A DNA stretch of 64,000 nucleotides from Thermodesulfobacteriota bacterium (GTDB lineage: Bacteria; Desulfobacterota_D; UBA1144; Nemesobacterales; Mycalebacteriaceae): positions 224,001 through 288,000 of the forward strand of contig OZ242184.1 of assembly GCA_965205855.1 (NCBI GenBank), in the 5' to 3' direction. Position 1 is the stretch's first letter. Each line of letters opens with the position of its first letter. The translations under genes and the position numbers were made by a program. A model generated the notes under the pieces. It saw nothing but the letters and a program-made list of their open reading frames with translations. It searched no databases and was not told the origin of the DNA. Positions 1 through 9,202 of the stretch are shown here, one piece after another.

Positions 1-234
1 CTTGAAGCGGTGAGAATGATTTCCATCTGGCGGCTTGTTCTCCCCGATAAAATTCTTATGATTTCAGGGGGTAGAGAGGTAACGCTCAGAGACCTGCAGT
101 CAATGGGGGTGTTTGCGGGAGCAAACGCCATGATAATCGGCAACTATCTGACGACTCCCGGAAGGTCTCCCGAAGAAGACCTGAAAATGCTTGAAGACCT
201 TCAGATGCCCGTCCGAACTGATATAGCAAACTAA
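1..234 (+). CDS. bioB: Biotin synthase, C-terminal part (5' end outside window)
   Basis: Frame open from position 1; ISGGRE...AGANAMIIGNYLTTPGR..EED is the BioB C-terminal (BATS) signature; directly upstream of bioA. Confidence 0.9.
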   Translation, partial: LEAVRMISIWRLVLPDKILMISGGREVTLRDLQSMGVFAGANAMIIGNYLTTPGRSPEEDLKMLEDLQMPVRTDIAN

Positions 235-251
235 CCCTCCGCGCCAATACA

Positions 252-1586
252 ATGTCCGGCAACCGCACAAACATCTGGCACCCTTTCACCCAGATGAAAG
301 AGCACGAAAGCCTTTCGCCCATAATGATAGAAAAGGGCGAAGGGGTTTATCTTGTTGATTCCGAGGGGAACCGCTACATAGACGGTGTTTCCTCCCTGTG
401 GGTAAACATTCACGGACACGGCGTAAACGAAATAGAGTCCGCAATCAAAAGCCAGCTCGATAGCATAGGGCACAGCACATTGCTGGGTCTTTCCAACCCC
501 GCCGCGGAGCGGCTTGCGGAAAAACTTGTCAACGCCGCTCCGGCGGAACTTACAAAGGTTTTTTTCTCCGGAGATGGGGCGTCCGCCGTTGAAGTCGCGA
601 TTAAAATGGCTTTTCAGTATTGGAAAAATAAAGGCGAGACAAAAAGAACAAAGTTTGTCTCGCTTGAGAACGGGTATCACGGCGACACCCTTGGAGCCGT
701 TTCCGTTGGCGGGATAGATATGTTTCATACCGCCTTCAAGCCGCTTCTGTTTGAGTCTTTCAAAGCGCCTTCCTATTACTGCTACAGGTGTCCGCTCGCA
801 AAAACATATCCATCCTGCGAGATTGCGTGCGCCGGGGCGGTTGACAGAATTTGCTCGGAGCATCCGGGAGAAGTCGCCGCGATAATCATTGAACCGTATG
901 TTCAGGCGGCTGGGGGAATGATAGTTTCCCCTCCCGGATACCTTGAAAAGATCAGGAAGATCGCGGACAAGCACAATGTTCTACTTGTAACGGACGAGGT
1001 TGCCACGGGATTTGGCAGAACCGGAAGGATGTTTGCGTGCGAGCATGAAGGGATATGTCCCGATATGATGGTTCTTGGCAAGGGCCTTACGGGCGGCTAC
1101 ACCGCTCTTTCAGCCACGTTGACAACCGAGCGAATCTACGAGGCGTTTCTCGGCGAATATGAGGAATTTAAAACTTTTTTTCACGGGCACAGTTATTCGG
1201 GTAATCCGCTTGCTTGCGCGGCGGGGATTGGAAATTTCGAGGCGTTTGAAAACCGGCGGACTCTTGAAAAACTACCTGAAAAAATCGAGTTTTTTGAAAA
1301 TGAACTGAAGGAGTTCAACTCAATTGAAAATGTCGGCAATGTGAGAAACAAGGGGCTTATGGCGGGAATTGAGCTGGTAAAAGACAGGGGGACAAAAGAG
1401 AGGTATCCGGTGGGCGAAAGAATGGGTTGTAAGGTCGCGCAAAAGGCGCTGGAGTACGGCGTTATGATTCGTCCCCTGGGTGATGTTGTTGTTTTGATGC
1501 CTCCGGTGGGAATTGAGATGGAGGATTTGAAAGAGCTTATGAGGTCTTCATTCAGGGCTGTCAGAGATGCGACCGAGGGAAGTTAG
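252..1586 (+). CDS. bioA: Adenosylmethionine-8-amino-7-oxononanoate aminotransferase
   Basis: IWHPFTQM, DGVSSLWVNIHGH, GYHGDT, DEVATGFGRTG, LGKGLTGG (PLP Lys), FFHGHSYSGNPLACA. Confidence 0.96.
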   Translation: MSGNRTNIWHPFTQMKEHESLSPIMIEKGEGVYLVDSEGNRYIDGVSSLWVNIHGHGVNEIESAIKSQLDSIGHSTLLGLSNPAAERLAEKLVNAAPAELTKVFFSGDGASAVEVAIKMAFQYWKNKGETKRTKFVSLENGYHGDTLGAVSVGGIDMFHTAFKPLLFESFKAPSYYCYRCPLAKTYPSCEIACAGAVDRICSEHPGEVAAIIIEPYVQAAGGMIVSPPGYLEKIRKIADKHNVLLVTDEVATGFGRTGRMFACEHEGICPDMMVLGKGLTGGYTALSATLTTERIYEAFLGEYEEFKTFFHGHSYSGNPLACAAGIGNFEAFENRRTLEKLPEKIEFFENELKEFNSIENVGNVRNKGLMAGIELVKDRGTKERYPVGERMGCKVAQKALEYGVMIRPLGDVVVLMPPVGIEMEDLKELMRSSFRAVRDATEGS

Positions 1587-1648
1587 GGGCGTTTTTTGAA
1601 CTTTCCGTCCGCAAAGCGGTAAAATCTCAGACATTGGTGGAGGCTTCT

Positions 1649-2530
1649 ATGAACAAACGGGCAAAAACGGGAAATGGCATTGCCGGGAAACGAAAATCCA
1701 AGACAGAGCCACGCATTATAGAAGCTCCCTACGAGGGCATAAGCTCTTCGGAATATCAGATTGAAAAACGCAGACTTCAATACGAGCTGTTGAAGATCCA
1801 GCAGGAAGTCGTCAAAAACAACCGTCGCCTTGTTGTTTTATTTGAAGGCAGGGACGCGTCGGGAAAGGGTTCCACAATAAAACGTTTTGTTGAGCATATG
1901 ATGCCGCGGCATTACAGGATAGTGGAGCTCGGAGTTCCGACTACCAAAGAATCCAGAAACTGGTTTCGCCGCTATACGGAGTACCTTCCTCGCGAGCGTG
2001 AAATAGTGTTTTTTGACCGCTCTTGGTATACGCGCGCCCTTGTGGAGCCGACAATGGGTTACTGTACAAAATCGCAGTATAAATATTTTATGGAAAAAGT
2101 TCTCAAGTGGGAGGAAAGTCTTGTGCGCGAGGGAATAGAGGTGGTCAAGTTTTACCTTTCCGTTGATATTAAAACCCAGTTGATACGGTTCAATGAAAGA
2201 ATGCAAGACCCTCTGAAGTTCTGGAAACTTTCCGAAAATGACCTAAAAGCGAGAAAAAAGTGGAAGCGTTTTTCAAGATACAAGGAACAGATGTTCGCGC
2301 GCACATCATCCGAACGGTTGCCGTGGGTTGTCGTGAACTCAAATTCAAAACGCGAGTCGGTACTGACATGCATGCTCTATGTAACCCGTCTTAGCGGGGT
2401 GGATTTTGTTCCGCTTACGGGCGAGTTGATGGAAACGGAATATGAAATAGAGTTCAGGGGTGTTACTTTCAAGGGGCTCAGCGCAAAGCAATACGCCGTT
2501 ATAGCCGATTTGGCTGATAAGCAGTCATAA
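1649..2530 (+). CDS. ppk2: Polyphosphate kinase 2 family protein
   Basis: FEGRDASGKG Walker A, FDRSWY Walker B, DPLKFWKLSEND lid; ATG 1649 follows GGAGG. Confidence 0.92.
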   Translation: MNKRAKTGNGIAGKRKSKTEPRIIEAPYEGISSSEYQIEKRRLQYELLKIQQEVVKNNRRLVVLFEGRDASGKGSTIKRFVEHMMPRHYRIVELGVPTTKESRNWFRRYTEYLPREREIVFFDRSWYTRALVEPTMGYCTKSQYKYFMEKVLKWEESLVREGIEVVKFYLSVDIKTQLIRFNERMQDPLKFWKLSENDLKARKKWKRFSRYKEQMFARTSSERLPWVVVNSNSKRESVLTCMLYVTRLSGVDFVPLTGELMETEYEIEFRGVTFKGLSAKQYAVIADLADKQS

Positions 2531-2540
2531 AGGAGAAAGA

Positions 2541-3041
2541 ATGCACGAACATCATTTTACTCAAAACTCCGGCTTGCCGAAAATTGAGTCCGCCGGGGGG
2601 CTGATTGTCAATTCTTCGGGTTGCGTTCTTTTCATTCTCAAAGGCGGAAAGTGGGACCTGCCAAAGGGGCGGCTGGAGCAGGGGAAAAACCATGAGGAAA
2701 CCGCTTTGCGCGAAGTTGTTGAAGAGACATCCATTGAACCGGATTTGATAACAGTCTTCACCCCTTTGTGCCACACCTGGCATGTTACATCCTATTTTTC
2801 AAAAGAGTATATAAAAAAAACCACATGGTTTGTTATGGAATACCGGGGAGACGGAGACAGGTTGCGCCCTCAGGTTGAGGAGGGGATAACGGAATGCCGC
2901 TGGATTCATCCGCATGATTTCAGGGATTACCGTTTGGAAATGCGGCCGCGTATAGGATATGTCACAATGCTGTGGAAGAAGGTTTTCTTTGAAAGAGGGT
3001 CGCATAAAATTTTAATCGGAGCGCCGAGCGCGGCGATTTGA
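2541..3041 (+). CDS. NUDIX hydrolase (Ap4A/MutT1-like)
   Basis: KWDLPKGRLEQGKNHEETALREVVEETS Nudix box; AAGGAG RBS. Confidence 0.88.
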   Translation: MHEHHFTQNSGLPKIESAGGLIVNSSGCVLFILKGGKWDLPKGRLEQGKNHEETALREVVEETSIEPDLITVFTPLCHTWHVTSYFSKEYIKKTTWFVMEYRGDGDRLRPQVEEGITECRWIHPHDFRDYRLEMRPRIGYVTMLWKKVFFERGSHKILIGAPSAAI

Positions 3042-3075
3042 CACAAGCCCGGAACCGTCGCGCATGAGAACTTAA

Positions 3076-4257
3076 ATGACATCTCTTGACTGGCTTGACA
3101 GAGAGATTTCCCTTATACATGAGAAAGGGCTTTTCCGTGAGCTTACCGAACTTGAGACCGGACAGACTCCAGAGGTCTCCATTGACGGCAGAAAATACAT
3201 TCTTCTTGGGTCAAACGGGTATCTGGGTCTTTCCACGCACCCGGAAGTAAAAAAAGCCGCCGCCGCCGCTCTTGAGAAATACGGCGCGGGCAGCGGTGGT
3301 TCGCGTCTTGTCAGCGGGACGACGGACCTTCACTCCGAACTTGAGGAAAAAATCGCGACTTTCAAAAAAACCGAGTCGGCGATTGTTTTCAGTTCGGGGT
3401 ATCTTGCAAACATCGGCGCGATTCAGGCTCTTGCCGGTCCGGGCGATGTGGTTTTCAGCGATGAGCTTAACCACGCTTCAATAATAGACGGATGCAGAAT
3501 TTCCGGAGCCACAGTGAAAATCTACCGGCATCTGGATTTCAATCATCTGGAATCTCTTGCTCGCGGGCACCGGAGCGGTGGCGGAAAACTGATAGTCACC
3601 GACACGGTTTTCAGCATGGACGGAGACCTTGCCGACCTTTCCGCCATCTGCGGTATTGCCGAGACGCACGGTTGCATGGTTATGGCCGATGAGGCGCACG
3701 CGACCGGAGTTCTCGGAAAGCGCGGTAGCGGGGCAACCGAGTATTTCGGCGTTGAAAAAAATGTTGCAGTGGCCATGGGAACACTTTCGAAAGCCGTTGG
3801 TTCGGCGGGCGGATACATCGCCGGAGACAAGAGACTTATTGAGTTTTTAAGGAACAGGGCGAGGAGTTTTATCTTTGACACTTCACCTCCAGCCGCCGCG
3901 CTTGCCGCATCCGTTGAGGCGATTGGAATAATAGAGCGGGATACGGGCAGACGCGAGCATCTTTGGGATATGATAGGGGTTTTTAAAGCCGGTCTTGAAA
4001 AAACGGGGCTTGCGCTTTTGCCCTCCCGGTCCGCCATAGTTCCAGTTCTTATCGGAGAGCCGGACGAGGCGGTTAATTTCGCGTCCGCTCTGAGGGAAAA
4101 CGGTGTCTATACACCAGCCGTCAGACCGCCGTCCGTCCCGCCCGGAAAGTGCAGGGTAAGGGCTTCAATAATGGCGACACATGAAAAAGCGCACATTGAG
4201 CGCGCGGTCGTAGCTTTTGAAAAAGCCTCACGCTCGGTTTGGACCGGAAGCGGTTAA
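3076..4257 (+). CDS. bioF: 8-amino-7-oxononanoate synthase
   Basis: SNGYLGL, GSGGSRLVSG, SGYLAN, DELNHASIIDG, FSMDGD, DEAHATG, GTLSKA, RPPSVP. Confidence 0.94.
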   Translation: MTSLDWLDREISLIHEKGLFRELTELETGQTPEVSIDGRKYILLGSNGYLGLSTHPEVKKAAAAALEKYGAGSGGSRLVSGTTDLHSELEEKIATFKKTESAIVFSSGYLANIGAIQALAGPGDVVFSDELNHASIIDGCRISGATVKIYRHLDFNHLESLARGHRSGGGKLIVTDTVFSMDGDLADLSAICGIAETHGCMVMADEAHATGVLGKRGSGATEYFGVEKNVAVAMGTLSKAVGSAGGYIAGDKRLIEFLRNRARSFIFDTSPPAAALAASVEAIGIIERDTGRREHLWDMIGVFKAGLEKTGLALLPSRSAIVPVLIGEPDEAVNFASALRENGVYTPAVRPPSVPPGKCRVRASIMATHEKAHIERAVVAFEKASRSVWTGSG

Positions 4258-5465
4258 CCGGCTTTTTTTTCGTATATCCTCAGAGCCCTGTCCAGTATTT
4301 TGTGTCCCAACGCTTCTTTCGTCATTAACGGTAGGCTTTCGGGCTTGCTTCCCTTACATATTAAAACGGCGCGGTTTGTGTCTTCGCCAAAGCCCGCGCC
4401 CGGAACCGTTATGTTATTTGCAACTATCATATCGGCGTTTTTGCTTTTCAGTTTTTTTCGGGAGTTTTCAATCAGCGATTGGGTTTCCGCGGAAAATCCC
4501 ACGACCACGCGCCCTTTGAGGTTTTTTCTCCCGACCGCCTCAAGAATGTCGGGAGTTTTTTGAAGTTGCAGGCAAACGGGTTCGGAGCTTTTTTTTATCT
4601 TCTCCTTTTCCGCTTGAACGGGAGTGTAGTCTCCCACTGCCGCCGCTTTTATTATGAAGTCCGCCCGCTCAAGATTTTCCATGATGGCGTCAAACATTTC
4701 GCTGACAGTTTCAGTTTGTATGCGCTTCATTCCCGGTAGGTCAATTCCGGCCCCCGCTCCCGATACAAGTGTTACTTCCGCTCCTCTTAACCACGCGGCC
4801 CGTGCGATGGCGCATCCCATTTTGCCAGTTGAAGGGTTGGAGATAAACCGCACCGGGTCTATATGCTCGCGCGAGGCGCCTGCGGAAACAAGCAGTTTTC
4901 TTCCCGCAAAATCATTGGGCGCAACGGCTTTTTCCACTTCCGCCACTATGTTCTCCGTTTCACTGAGCCGTCCTTTTCCCTCCCATCCGCAAGCGAGGTC
5001 TCCCTCTGCCGGTCCAGCTATTGTTACGCCCGTATCCGCGAGCTTCCGCAAGTTTTCCTGAACCAAAGGGTTTGAATACATATTGACATTCATTGCCGGA
5101 CACAAAACCACGGGAGCTTTTGTCGCCAAAATCACGGCTCCAAGCAGAGAGTCAGCGATGGCGGCGGCCATTTTCCCTATAAACGAGGCGGTCGCGGGCG
5201 CTATAACAACCGCGTTTGCACTGTCAGCGAGAGCTATGTGTCCGATTTCCGATTCCCATTCAAGGTCAAACGGGTCGGACAGGGTTTTCCCGCCGGAAAG
5301 GGTTTGGAGGGTAAGCGGAGTTATAAATTTTTCCGCATTCCTTGTCATAACGACCTGAACACGCGCGCCGCGTCTGGTCAACTCCCTTGTGATTTCACAG
5401 GACTTATACGCGGCTATGCTTCCGGTAACGCCGAGAACAATTGTTTTTCCTTCAAGGATTTTCAT
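4254..5465 (-). CDS. coaBC: Bifunctional phosphopantothenoylcysteine decarboxylase/synthetase
   Basis: GVTGSIAAYK, PAMNVNMY, LACGWEGKGR, EHIDPVRFISNPSTGKMG; ATG 5465 preferred over upstream TTG. Confidence 0.96.
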   Translation of the reverse strand: MKILEGKTIVLGVTGSIAAYKSCEITRELTRRGARVQVVMTRNAEKFITPLTLQTLSGGKTLSDPFDLEWESEIGHIALADSANAVVIAPATASFIGKMAAAIADSLLGAVILATKAPVVLCPAMNVNMYSNPLVQENLRKLADTGVTIAGPAEGDLACGWEGKGRLSETENIVAEVEKAVAPNDFAGRKLLVSAGASREHIDPVRFISNPSTGKMGCAIARAAWLRGAEVTLVSGAGAGIDLPGMKRIQTETVSEMFDAIMENLERADFIIKAAAVGDYTPVQAEKEKIKKSSEPVCLQLQKTPDILEAVGRKNLKGRVVVGFSAETQSLIENSRKKLKSKNADMIVANNITVPGAGFGEDTNRAVLICKGSKPESLPLMTKEALGHKILDRALRIYEKKAG

Positions 5466-5516
5466 CGGGAAAATTATAGAGACAGGAGACCGCGCGCGCA
5501 AATCCGGTTCGGCAGC

Positions 5517-7202
5517 TCAAGAGTCTGTCACGGCGCCTTCGGAAGCAGAAGACACGAGTTTTGCATATTTTGCGAGAACGCCATTTTTTTCTTTTGGAGG
5601 CCGTCTTTTCCACGCCGCCGTGCGGCTTTTCATTTCAGCGGTTGAAGCGGAGATGTTAATCTCTCTTTTTCCCGCGTCTATTGTTATCGTGTCCCCGTTT
5701 TTGATGAGCGCTATCGGGCCTCCGTCCGCCGCTTCCGGAGTTACATGACCCACAACGAAACCGTGAGTGCCCCCCGAAAACCTGCCGTCCGTTATGAGCG
5801 CGACATCCTCTCCAAGCCCTCTGCCGACAACCGCCGCGGTCGGTCCTAACATCTCCCGCATTCCGGGGCCTCCCCTCGGCCCTTCGTAGCGGACTACAAT
5901 CACATGCCCCTTTTTGACTCTGCCCGCGAGTATGGCTTTCATGCTTTTTTCCTCGGAGTCGAAAACAAGTGCTTTTCCGCTGAATATATCTCCTTCCTTG
6001 CCCGTTATTTTTGCCACCCCTCCGCCCGGAGCGAGGTTGCCTCGGAGAATTACCAGATGACCCTCTTTTTTGAGCGGGTTTTTCAGAGAATGCACAATTT
6101 TCTGCCGCGCGGGATATTTTTTTGCCCTGCGCAGATTTTCCCTGACTGTTTTCCCCGTTACCGTCATGCAGTCGCCGTGCAGAAGCTTGTTGTCAAGCAT
6201 CGTCTTCATGAGCGGAACAAGCCCTCCGATACGACAGAAATCAGCCATCATATAAGCTCCGCTCGGTTTTAGGTCGGCAAGAACCGGAGTGCGTTTTCCG
6301 ATTTTTGTGAAATCGTCAATAGAAAGATTTATACGTGCTTCCTTTGCCATGGCAATAAGATGAAGCACGCTGTTTGTTGAGCCGCCGAGCGCCATTACCA
6401 CCGCTATAGCGTTTTCAAATGCCTTTTTTGTCATTATGTCGCGGGGGGTTATTCCTTTTTTTATCATATTTAAAACGGCTTTTCCGGCTTCTACGCAGTC
6501 GGTGTTTTTTTCGCCTGACACGGCCGGTTGGGCCGAACTGTTGGGCAGACTCATTCCCATTGCTTCAATTGCGGACGCCATTGTATTGGCCGTATACATT
6601 CCTCCGCATGAACCGGGGCCGGGTATAGCGGCGCACTCTATTTTTTTGAGCTCCCCGTCGCTTATGTTACCGCTCGCGTGAGCACCGACCGCTTCAAAAA
6701 CCGATACAATGTCCACACTTTTTCCGTTGTGGCAGCCCGGCATTATTGTTCCGCCATAAACAAAAACCGCGGGGCGGTTCAGACGCGCGATTGCCATCAT
6801 GCAGCCTGGCATATTTTTATCGCAGCCGCCAATCGCGACCAGTCCGTCAAATCCCTCGCCGCCGCCGACCGTTTCTATTGAGTCAGCGATTACCTCCCTT
6901 GAAACAAGCGAATATCTCATTCCAGGAGTTCCCATTGAAATTCCGTCAGAGACGGTAATTGTGTTGAAAATCACGGCTTTCCCGCCGGATTTGTTCACGC
7001 CCGTCGCAGAACGCACGGCGAGTTTGTCTATGTGCATATTGCACGGGGTTACCATGCTCCAGGTTGAGGCTATTCCCACAACCGGTCTGGAGAAGTCTTT
7101 GTCCTTGAAGCCCACGGCTCTGAGCATCGCTCGGCTGGGAGCACGGTCGGGGCCTTCAACATATATTGAGGAAAATTTTCTCAAATTTGTTTTTTTTGCC
7201 AT
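5517..7202 (-). CDS. ilvD: Dihydroxy-acid dehydratase
   Basis: [55 protein letters not shown]; ATG 7202. Confidence 0.96.
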   Translation of the reverse strand: MAKKTNLRKFSSIYVEGPDRAPSRAMLRAVGFKDKDFSRPVVGIASTWSMVTPCNMHIDKLAVRSATGVNKSGGKAVIFNTITVSDGISMGTPGMRYSLVSREVIADSIETVGGGEGFDGLVAIGGCDKNMPGCMMAIARLNRPAVFVYGGTIMPGCHNGKSVDIVSVFEAVGAHASGNISDGELKKIECAAIPGPGSCGGMYTANTMASAIEAMGMSLPNSSAQPAVSGEKNTDCVEAGKAVLNMIKKGITPRDIMTKKAFENAIAVVMALGGSTNSVLHLIAMAKEARINLSIDDFTKIGKRTPVLADLKPSGAYMMADFCRIGGLVPLMKTMLDNKLLHGDCMTVTGKTVRENLRRAKKYPARQKIVHSLKNPLKKEGHLVILRGNLAPGGGVAKITGKEGDIFSGKALVFDSEEKSMKAILAGRVKKGHVIVVRYEGPRGGPGMREMLGPTAAVVGRGLGEDVALITDGRFSGGTHGFVVGHVTPEAADGGPIALIKNGDTITIDAGKREINISASTAEMKSRTAAWKRRPPKEKNGVLAKYAKLVSSASEGAVTDS

Positions 7203-7249
7203 TTTGTGTCTCAGCTGCCGACTCAAAGATATACGAGCGAAGGTGTCAG

Positions 7250-7744
7250 TCAACCGCACGGATTTTCAATACCATATGCCGTTGTGATTCTTGCGAAGCT
7301 GGAGACGGTTATTTTGTTCCACCTTGAGCCTTTGCCGTTTTCAATGCAGAAGGATTTGTTTGTTGAGGTTCCAAGGGGATGAAAAAAGATTTTCTTTATC
7401 TCATTTTTTCCGCTTTTTTGAAAAACTTTGTAGGAAATTACGCTTTCAACAATAACTTGTCCCTTTTGAGTCCCGCACTCCCTGCCGGTGCTTTCAATTG
7501 TGATAAATTTCCACATCTCACCTTCATTTGCCTCTCCGAGCGGGATGCATACCGCGTATATTTTCCCTTTGTTTATGGCGAGCAGTTTTGCTCTTCTTAT
7601 TTGAGAGACAACTTTTTCGACAGAGGATTCAAACCGGGATTTCTCTCCGTATTGAATAATAAAAGGCACAGACACGCCGACTGCTGTTGCTGCAATCGCG
7701 AGCACAAACAACATTTCAAAGAGTGAATATCCGCCCGTTTTCAT
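7250..7744 (-). CDS. FimT/FimU/GspH-like minor pilin
   Basis: Class III signal G|[12 protein letters not shown]; RRAKLLAI helix; FHPLGT motif; terminal Cys. Confidence 0.75.
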   Translation of the reverse strand: MKTGGYSLFEMLFVLAIAATAVGVSVPFIIQYGEKSRFESSVEKVVSQIRRAKLLAINKGKIYAVCIPLGEANEGEMWKFITIESTGRECGTQKGQVIVESVISYKVFQKSGKNEIKKIFFHPLGTSTNKSFCIENGKGSRWNKITVSSFARITTAYGIENPCG

Positions 7745-8151
7745 TATTGGTTTTTCTCAACTTTTTGCAGCCACGAGTTAATTGAGACCCTTCCATTATG
7801 AGCGGAATATTCCAACTCTATTTCCGTCAAAGAATTCTCCCCGCGTCCGGTTGCGGAGAATGAGAACTCCGTTGCTGAAATATAAGCCGCATTTGTTACG
7901 CCGTTTACGGAATCTTCAATTTCAGATACGCATCTCTGAACATCATTTGTTGAAAGACACTGTTCCATATTCATTTCCACTTCGGCGACAACCCTTTCCG
8001 CGTCACGCAGGGATTTTGCGGCCTCAAGGCGGTTTAGTGATATTTTCCGATCTGCGGTTGAAATAAAAAACGCAGTTGCCGCAACCGCGGACATTATTGT
8101 TACAATTAGCAACGCGATTATTATTGCAAACCCTTTTTCCGAATTATTCAT
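7744..8151 (-). CDS. pilX: PilX-like minor pilin
   Basis: G|FAIIIALLIV without Glu5 (PilX/GspK hallmark); ISLNRLEAAKSLRDAE; C-terminal INSWLQ. Confidence 0.7.
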   Translation of the reverse strand: MNNSEKGFAIIIALLIVTIMSAVAATAFFISTADRKISLNRLEAAKSLRDAERVVAEVEMNMEQCLSTNDVQRCVSEIEDSVNGVTNAAYISATEFSFSATGRGENSLTEIELEYSAHNGRVSINSWLQKVEKNQ

Positions 8152-8793
8152 CTACATATTTCTCGGATTTGCAACAACCGAGTATGTTTTGAATTCATAT
8201 GCGTCTTTTCGGTTTTTGTGCAGACCGCGTGATTTAAGTGTGAGTGTTATCCTTACCGCTTCAACCTTTGTCTTGTCTCTCATTGAAGTTTGAAAATCGT
8301 TATCGCCGTCCATGATAAAATTGACTTGAAAATCTTCTACTTTGACCCCCGTATTGTCCGGCGTCAGGGACTGTGTTCTTGTTCTGTTGCTGTTATGCAA
8401 CTTGAGAACTCCTCTTTGAACAAAAAAACTTTTTTTGATGCCGTTTTCGTTGTTGATTGAGACGCTTTCAAGAGTTATACAGTCCGTCTTCCCTGTGTTT
8501 GCAGATTTGATGTCGCATTTGCCGAGGCTTTTATCAACATCCTCTCCGCCGTCAACAAAGAAAAAAGGCGGCGAAGCTTTGCTACGGGAACCGGCGTTTC
8601 TGATTTCCAGCGCAAGTATTGCAAGAATTGAATAAGCCACATGATCCATTTCACTCATATTTTTTTGCAAAAAGTCCGTTTTTGCCTGCCGTTGAATGGC
8701 AAATAATCCGGTTACCGTTAAAACCGCCAGAAGAAAGGCGGCAAAAAGAAATTCCAAAAGGGTGAATCCTCGCGCTTTATTTTCAGGGAACAT
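8152..8793 (-). CDS. pilW: PilW-like minor pilin
   Basis: G|FTLLE; LALEIRNAG; VEDFQV; VEAVRITLTL..VANPRN C-terminus. Confidence 0.75.
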   Translation of the reverse strand: MFPENKARGFTLLEFLFAAFLLAVLTVTGLFAIQRQAKTDFLQKNMSEMDHVAYSILAILALEIRNAGSRSKASPPFFFVDGGEDVDKSLGKCDIKSANTGKTDCITLESVSINNENGIKKSFFVQRGVLKLHNSNRTRTQSLTPDNTGVKVEDFQVNFIMDGDNDFQTSMRDKTKVEAVRITLTLKSRGLHKNRKDAYEFKTYSVVANPRNM

Positions 8794-9202
8794 ATATGAA
8801 CTGCTTGCCCTTAAATGAGTTTTCTCCGATACAGGCTATGTATTTAATTTTAACCACGCCGTTGCCGCTTTCGGGCGCACGGCAGATTTTTCCGGAGTTT
8901 TTTCCGATTTCCCTACATTCAGTCCTGGACAGGTTTCCGCATGAAAGCGGCGAGGTTTGAATGTGGCCGAACATGTTTTCAACCGGATTTTTATGACCGG
9001 AGATTATCAGGGTTTTCAGACGCCCTCTGTCTCTTTCTATACGGGATTCAATTTCATTTTGCGCGTGCAGGAATTGTTCGTTCCACAGGCGGTTTTTAAG
9101 TGTGGTCGATTGAACTCCAAGAGCGGCGGTGATTCCCGCTGAAGCGATAACGACCGCAAACAGAGCCTCCAGAAGTGTTATGCCTTTTTCATTGCGCGGC
9201 AT
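8783..9202 (-). CDS. pilV: PilV-like minor pilin
   Basis: G|ITLLEALFAVVIASAGITAALGVQ; position before pilW. Confidence 0.68.
   Translation of the reverse strand: MPRNEKGITLLEALFAVVIASAGITAALGVQSTTLKNRLWNEQFLHAQNEIESRIERDRGRLKTLIISGHKNPVENMFGHIQTSPLSCGNLSRTECREIGKNSGKICRAPESGNGVVKIKYIACIGENSFKGKQFIYVP

Noticed and set aside
231-974. Long antisense or alternative-frame ORFs (also 12397-13221, 32363-33001, 43785-44660, 46007-46636 and others)
   Set aside because: They shadow well-supported genes and have no recognisable motifs
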